This document shows positions 58,820 through 64,000 of a DNA stretch of 64,000 nt, one piece after another. A program made the translations under genes and the position numbers. Every line of letters starts with the position of its first letter. Position 1 is the first letter of the stretch. The notes under the pieces are model-generated. The model was not told where the DNA came from, made no database searches, and saw nothing but the letters and a program-made list of their open reading frames with translations. Source of the stretch: Eledone cirrhosa (taxonomy: Eukaryota); contig OZ024741.1 of the NCBI GenBank assembly GCA_964016885.1, positions 227,230,001 to 227,294,000 on the forward strand, given 5' to 3'.

Positions 58820-58832
58820 TATATATATATTA

Positions 58833-59055
58833 TATATGCAGTAATAAACACAGTAAATCGTGTGTCTAACATTACGAGGGTTGAATAACCACATTTGTTT
58901 GAAATATTTCAAACAAATGTGGCCCTTCAACCCTCGTAATGTTAGACACACGATTTACTGTGTTTATTGCTGCATATATTATTATAATGCTCAGTACTTA
59001 TACTTTGAGCTTGTTAATTACAGGGTTTCAGTATGAGTTATTAACTCTACCTTTC

Positions 59056-59060
<5 letters not shown>
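58833..59060 (+). repeat. Palindrome 58833-58978 plus tail, (TA)n-flanked
   Basis: Centre CCACATTTGTTTGAAAT ATTTCAAACAAATGTGG. Confidence 0.85.
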
Positions 59061-59091
<31 letters not shown>

Positions 59092-59761
59092 CTATATATC
59101 GCTGTATAATAGATACTGGCATTTAATGTCCGTTAGAGGTTCTTGGCACTACCATTGTTACTATCGCTTTCCTCTAGCCATGGGACTTGGAGACCTGAGT
59201 CGAATGCTACCATTCTATTATACATCGATGTGGGACTGCTCTTTCTAATAACCATCTTTTCACTTCTTATTAATTTATGTTTGAGACACGTTGGCTGGGA
59301 CCTTTTGACGGGAACGAAAAGATTTGTTTTCTATTCTCTCGCCACCACGTGAAGTTTGTAAATCGGTGGCTGGTCGGGGGACAGAATTGTATCGGATTCC
59401 AGTTGCTAATCACTTTACTGTGCCGGCTGTCACAAACAGTCATAGCCGGCATAGGCTGGGGTTTTGATTATGTCGATCGATTGGTTATTGATTAGGCGAT
59501 ACCCGCCGATGAAACAACATACACCGATTATGCATTTTTGAATAATATATGCAGATAGAGGGTGCAGTGCACCTTACTGCTGCATTAAGTGTGGCCGAAA
59601 CTCGAGTCGTCTGAGAACTATTATAGGCACCCGTTTTACGTGTGTTGTATTGAAGCGAATAACTATGTGTATACTCTGGGAATGTATCTTACATTGCCTA
59701 TTGAGTACGTAGAGATACAACCGATCCTGGCATTGATAAATATACTGGGACCGTCCATCCT

Positions 59762-59892
<131 letters not shown>

Positions 59893-60651
59893 CATCTCTT
59901 TCAAACTCGTAGCACTTGATGTAATCGTAGAGGCGCCGTAGTAAGGCAGGGCGTTTCTTAGTCATTTAAAACCTGTCGGAGTCTATCTCCTCGCCAGGTC
60001 TGACCGCAGCCTATTTCTTCCAAAGGAGTGAGAATAATAGAGAGTAAGTGAGAAATAAATATAGAGGAAAAATCGACCACAGTACTGGACTGGTACATAC
60101 TTTTATCGATCTCGAATGGATGAAAGACAAAACCTTCTATCGGACGTTCTAAAGACTTTACCACTTCGTCGCCAACTCCCCCTTCTCTCTCTGTATGTAT
60201 ATATATATATATATATATGATTATGTCGATTATATTGACCCCATTACTTAATTTATTTCAAGTTTGCTATATATTCCATCAATCTCTTTTTGTCCATCCA
60301 TTATGTTACACCGAACAGACACAAGCACATGTACAAGCACACACGCACGCACACACGCACGCACACACGCACGCACACACGCGCGCGCACACACACACAT
60401 ACACACACATCTATACTTGTATATAGGTTTTCATTTGTTTATGTATGTGTACATTGAAAAATTAAATACAGGAGTTCAATGAACACGCACTTGACCCATC
60501 TCCTAAAGATTTGTTAGAGGTGCATATCTGAAGCAGCTTCTAACTGAAAGATTAACGAAAGATTTACCTCTATGAACATCTTCAAACCCCTTTTTCATTC
60601 CCCCTCCCCTTCTTTCTTTCTCTTTCTGTGATAATTTATTCAATGACTGTT

Positions 60652-60865
60652 AGGATTGGCAGAATCAGTAGAGCGCCGGACAACATACTTCGCGGCATAG
60701 AGTAATGGCTCCTTACGTTTTGAGTTCAAATCCAGCCGAGCTTAACTTTGCCTTTCATCCTTACGGGGTCGATAAATAAAGTACCAGTAATGCACTGAGG
60801 TCGATTTAATCGACTTTCCCCTCCTTAAAATTGTTGCCCTTGTGCCTATATCAGAAATCATTATT
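60652..60865 (+). mobile_element. tRNA-derived SINE
   Basis: A and B boxes plus the conserved body. Confidence 0.8.
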
Positions 60866-60869
60866 TTAC

Positions 60870-60990
60870 TCTTTCGCATGTACGAACCCTGCGAGGTAGA
60901 GCGGCTGTCCCAGCGCGTCTCCCTCGCCGTTCTCCTGGGCAATGCATTCTCCATCCTATCGACCGTGACCCAGTTAATTGGAGATGGAGG
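60870..60990 (+). mobile_element. CRE-like 3' end fragment
   Basis: EPCEVERLSQRVSLAVLLGNAFSIL matches the end of the 14515 ORF. Confidence 0.7.
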
Positions 60991-61231
60991 ATACTCATTC
61001 GGACGCCACACATTTATATATATTTCATATTTCATATGAAAATTGATAGCTTTTTCGTGATTTCATAGATTTTCTTAGCCAAAATAAATTAAACGTACAA
61101 ACCACCTCTCATTCTGACATAATTGACAGATAGTGCTATTTTCCCAAACCACTAAACTTTGTTTGCCACCTGACAGCTATTCATTGTTTACTGGGGAAGA
61201 CATTTTCAATTTTTTCTTTGGCAATTATATT

Positions 61232-62370
61232 GACGGAGGATTGATAGAGTCGTTAAAGCGTCGGAAAATATGTTTTGCGGCATAGAGTTTCTCTCCTTTG
61301 CTTTCTGAGTTCGAATCTCGCTGAGGTTAGCTTTGTCTTTCAGATAAAAAAAAGCTAAAAAAAAAAAAGGTAAAATAGAGAAGGCGTGTGGCTTAGTGGT
61401 TAGAGAGTTGAATTCGCAATCGTGAGGTTGCGAGTTCAATTCTCGGACCAGGTGATGCGTTGTGTCTTTCAGCAAGACTTTATTTCACGTAGCTCCTTCT
61501 ACCAGTAGATAGTATCAGCAATGGAAAGACCAATGGAAACATTGTTTCCTTGGTCCGATTTGACGAGGTCCCTCTCCCCCACTCGGCAAGCGAATGAGGT
61601 CTGAGATCTTGTCGATCGATCAGAGCAATATGGACTCCAGTATTTTGACTAGTACTTACTTGTATCGACCCGGAAAGGCAACGCCACAGTCGGCGGCATA
61701 AAGAGGTGGAACGGACGTAGAACTAAAATATCACACAGTATTTTTTGTTCAGTGCATTGATTCTATTATTTCACGTTGATAGGGTGGTGGATTGGCAGAA
61801 CCGGTAGAGGTCGGTTTCTATGCTTTGCAGCATAGAGTTACGGCCTTTTTACGATCTGAGTTCAAATCCCGCCGAGGTTTTCTTTGCCTTCCATCCTTAC
61901 GGGGTCGATAAAATAAAGCATCAGTAATGCACTGGGGTCGATTTAATTAACTTTCCCCTCTCCCCAAATTACCGGCCTTGTGCCTATACTAGAAATCATT
62001 ATTTCACGTAGATAGGACGGTGGATTGGCAGAATCAGTAGAGCCTCGGACAACATGCTTAGCGGCCCTTTATGGAGTTATGGCCCTTTACGTTCTGAGTT
62101 CAAATCCTGCCGAGGTTAGCTTTGCCTTTCATCCTTATGGGGTTGATAATATAAAGTACGAGTAATGCACTGGGCTCGAGTTAATCGATTTTCCCCTTCT
62201 CAACAAATTGTTGGCATTGTGCCTAAATCAGAAAGCATTATTTCACAATTATTCTGAGTTCAAATCCCGCCGAGATTAACTTTGCCTTTCATACTTACGA
62301 GGTCGATAAAATAAAGTACCAGTAATGCACTGGGTAATTACTGGCTTTGGGCCAAAAGTAGAAACAATTA
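61232..62370 (+). mobile_element. Cluster of about 5 SINE copies from two families
   Basis: Heads at ~61232, 61382, 61782 and 62015, with a fragment at 62250. TTATTTCAC is repeated at the junctions. Confidence 0.8.
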
Positions 62371-62749
62371 TTTCACGATTATTTTGTTTCAAATTTTTGG
62401 TCGTCAAAATTATCTGCGTCCTCAAGGAATAAGCGTCTTCGGCGCTGGGAAATACGGTATACTTTCAAGTTTCCATCTTTGTATACAGTTAGCGTGTTGA
62501 ATATACACTGTTTAGCACTTATTCTGCTTTCTCCCCTAACAATAAGACATATATAACATACGTTACCTACGTTATATTCCATTTTCTTTCTTTCCAGCAT
62601 TTCCATATCCAAAATACTTTGTTAAAAAATACTAAAGTTGTTTTGCTGTATCCATTTTTTTTTATGTCGTGGCTATTTCTAAAATTAGTTTCATTTATAT
62701 ATAGCAGATATTGCATGCATACATACAAATGTTCATACATACACACTCA

Positions 62750-64000
62750 TACAGAGAAGCAGAGTTGTATGACATAGATGATAACTGGAATTTCTTACGT
62801 GACAACTTACTGCAGGCTACTGAAGAAACTTGAGGTTGGGACAGAGCTTCAACCAGACAGAGAGTGACCTGGTGATGGAACAGCACTGTAGATAGGGCCA
62901 TTAGAGACAAAAGACTGGCATGGAAGGCTTGGAAAAATGGTGGGAATAGGGAAGGATGGATACACAGCTGCTAGGAGAGAAGCTAGACGTCAGGTGTACT
63001 TAGCACGCAAGGAAGCTGAGAGTAGGAGGTTTGCCAATGTTCTGTGACGGGAAGACCAGAGACGTGCGGTGTTCCGCATTGCAAAGCAGTGTGTCAGTGC
63101 AAATCAGGATGTTGTTGGAGATAAATGTGTCCGGAATGATGCCGGTGTACATAGTGTCACGAATGATGAAAAAAAGGAGGCCTGGAAATGTCACTCTGAG
63201 AGACTGATTAATGTGGAGAATGAATGGGACAGAGAGAAATTACCCCCAATAGATTCAACAGAGGGACCAGCTATTGAGATTGACGAATATAGGGTACAAG
63301 AGGCAATTAAAGAAATGAAGAATGGTAAGGCTGCTGGACCGTCGGGGATAGTTGCTGAGATGCTGAAGGCATCAGGTGAAGTAGGCATTAAACTGGTTGC
63401 ACGTATCATCAATCAAGTTATATATGGTGGTGTCATACCCAAAGACTGGTACAGCAGTATTCTCATAAATTGCTACAAAGGTAAAGGGGATGCTCTAGAG
63501 AGGAGCAATTATAGGGGCATAAAACTGATGGATCAGGTTATGAAAGTGGCAGAGAGAATATTAGCGCAACTGATTAGAGAAAGGGTCAAATTAGATGAGA
63601 TGCAGTTTGGTTTTGTGCCTCGGAAAAGTACAACAGATGCTCTCTTCTTAGTGAGGCAACTACAAGAGAAGTTCTTAGAGAAGAATAAGCCACTATACTT
63701 AGCCTTTGCTGACCCAGAGAAGGCCTTTGATAGGGTACCCCGATCTGTCATCTGGTGGTCCCTAAGGAAACTAAGTGTAGTGGATTGGCTTGTGAGGGCA
63801 GTGCAAGCTATGTGCAGGGATGCTGTCAGTAAAGTGAGAGTAGGTATGGATTTTAGTGAGGAATTCCAGATACAAGTAGGTGTACATCAGGTTTCGGTCC
63901 TCGGCCATGTTCGATATGTAGGAAAGGAACTGGCATAAATTACATAAAATGTACGCAATGCAGATCTTGGGTACACAAGAGATGTAGTGGGATAGCAGAC
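62750..64000 (+). mobile_element. Degenerate RTE-clade LINE (ORF 63069-63938), running off the window
   Basis: KAAGPSGI, YKGKGD, NYRGIKL, QFGF, FADPEKAFDRV, GVHQ. Upstream stops and an internal deletion after GVHQ. Confidence 0.9.

Overview
AT-rich eukaryotic intergenic or intronic DNA made almost entirely of transposable elements and (TA)n/(CA)n/(GA)n microsatellites. No host gene could be supported. The tRNA-derived SINEs and LINE types look like those of octopod cephalopods (inference from recalled sequence). Decayed coding elements: two RTE-clade LINEs (8540-9960, 62750-64000), CRE-like restriction-endonuclease LINEs (19370-22560, 14088-15110, 60870-60990), an L1/Tx1-like 3' end, an R4/Dong-like fragment, and Penelope-like elements (PLEs). 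One PLE has a full-length but frameshifted RT/GIY-YIG ORF inside a ~1.2-kb inverted repeat (52050-56575). Non-autonomous elements include more than 20 SINE copies, Helitrons, a hAT MITE with an 8-bp TSD and a 52-bp minisatellite. The most striking pattern is about 11 sequence-unrelated short repeat families carrying type-I hammerhead ribozyme motifs (CUGANGA...GAAA...UH, mostly with pairing stems I-III). They sit in or next to (TA)n tracts, and many are folded back into tail-out palindromes. A degenerate HDV-like ribozyme candidate marks an RTE-like 5' end at 44503. All coordinates were read by eye and element boundaries are approximate.
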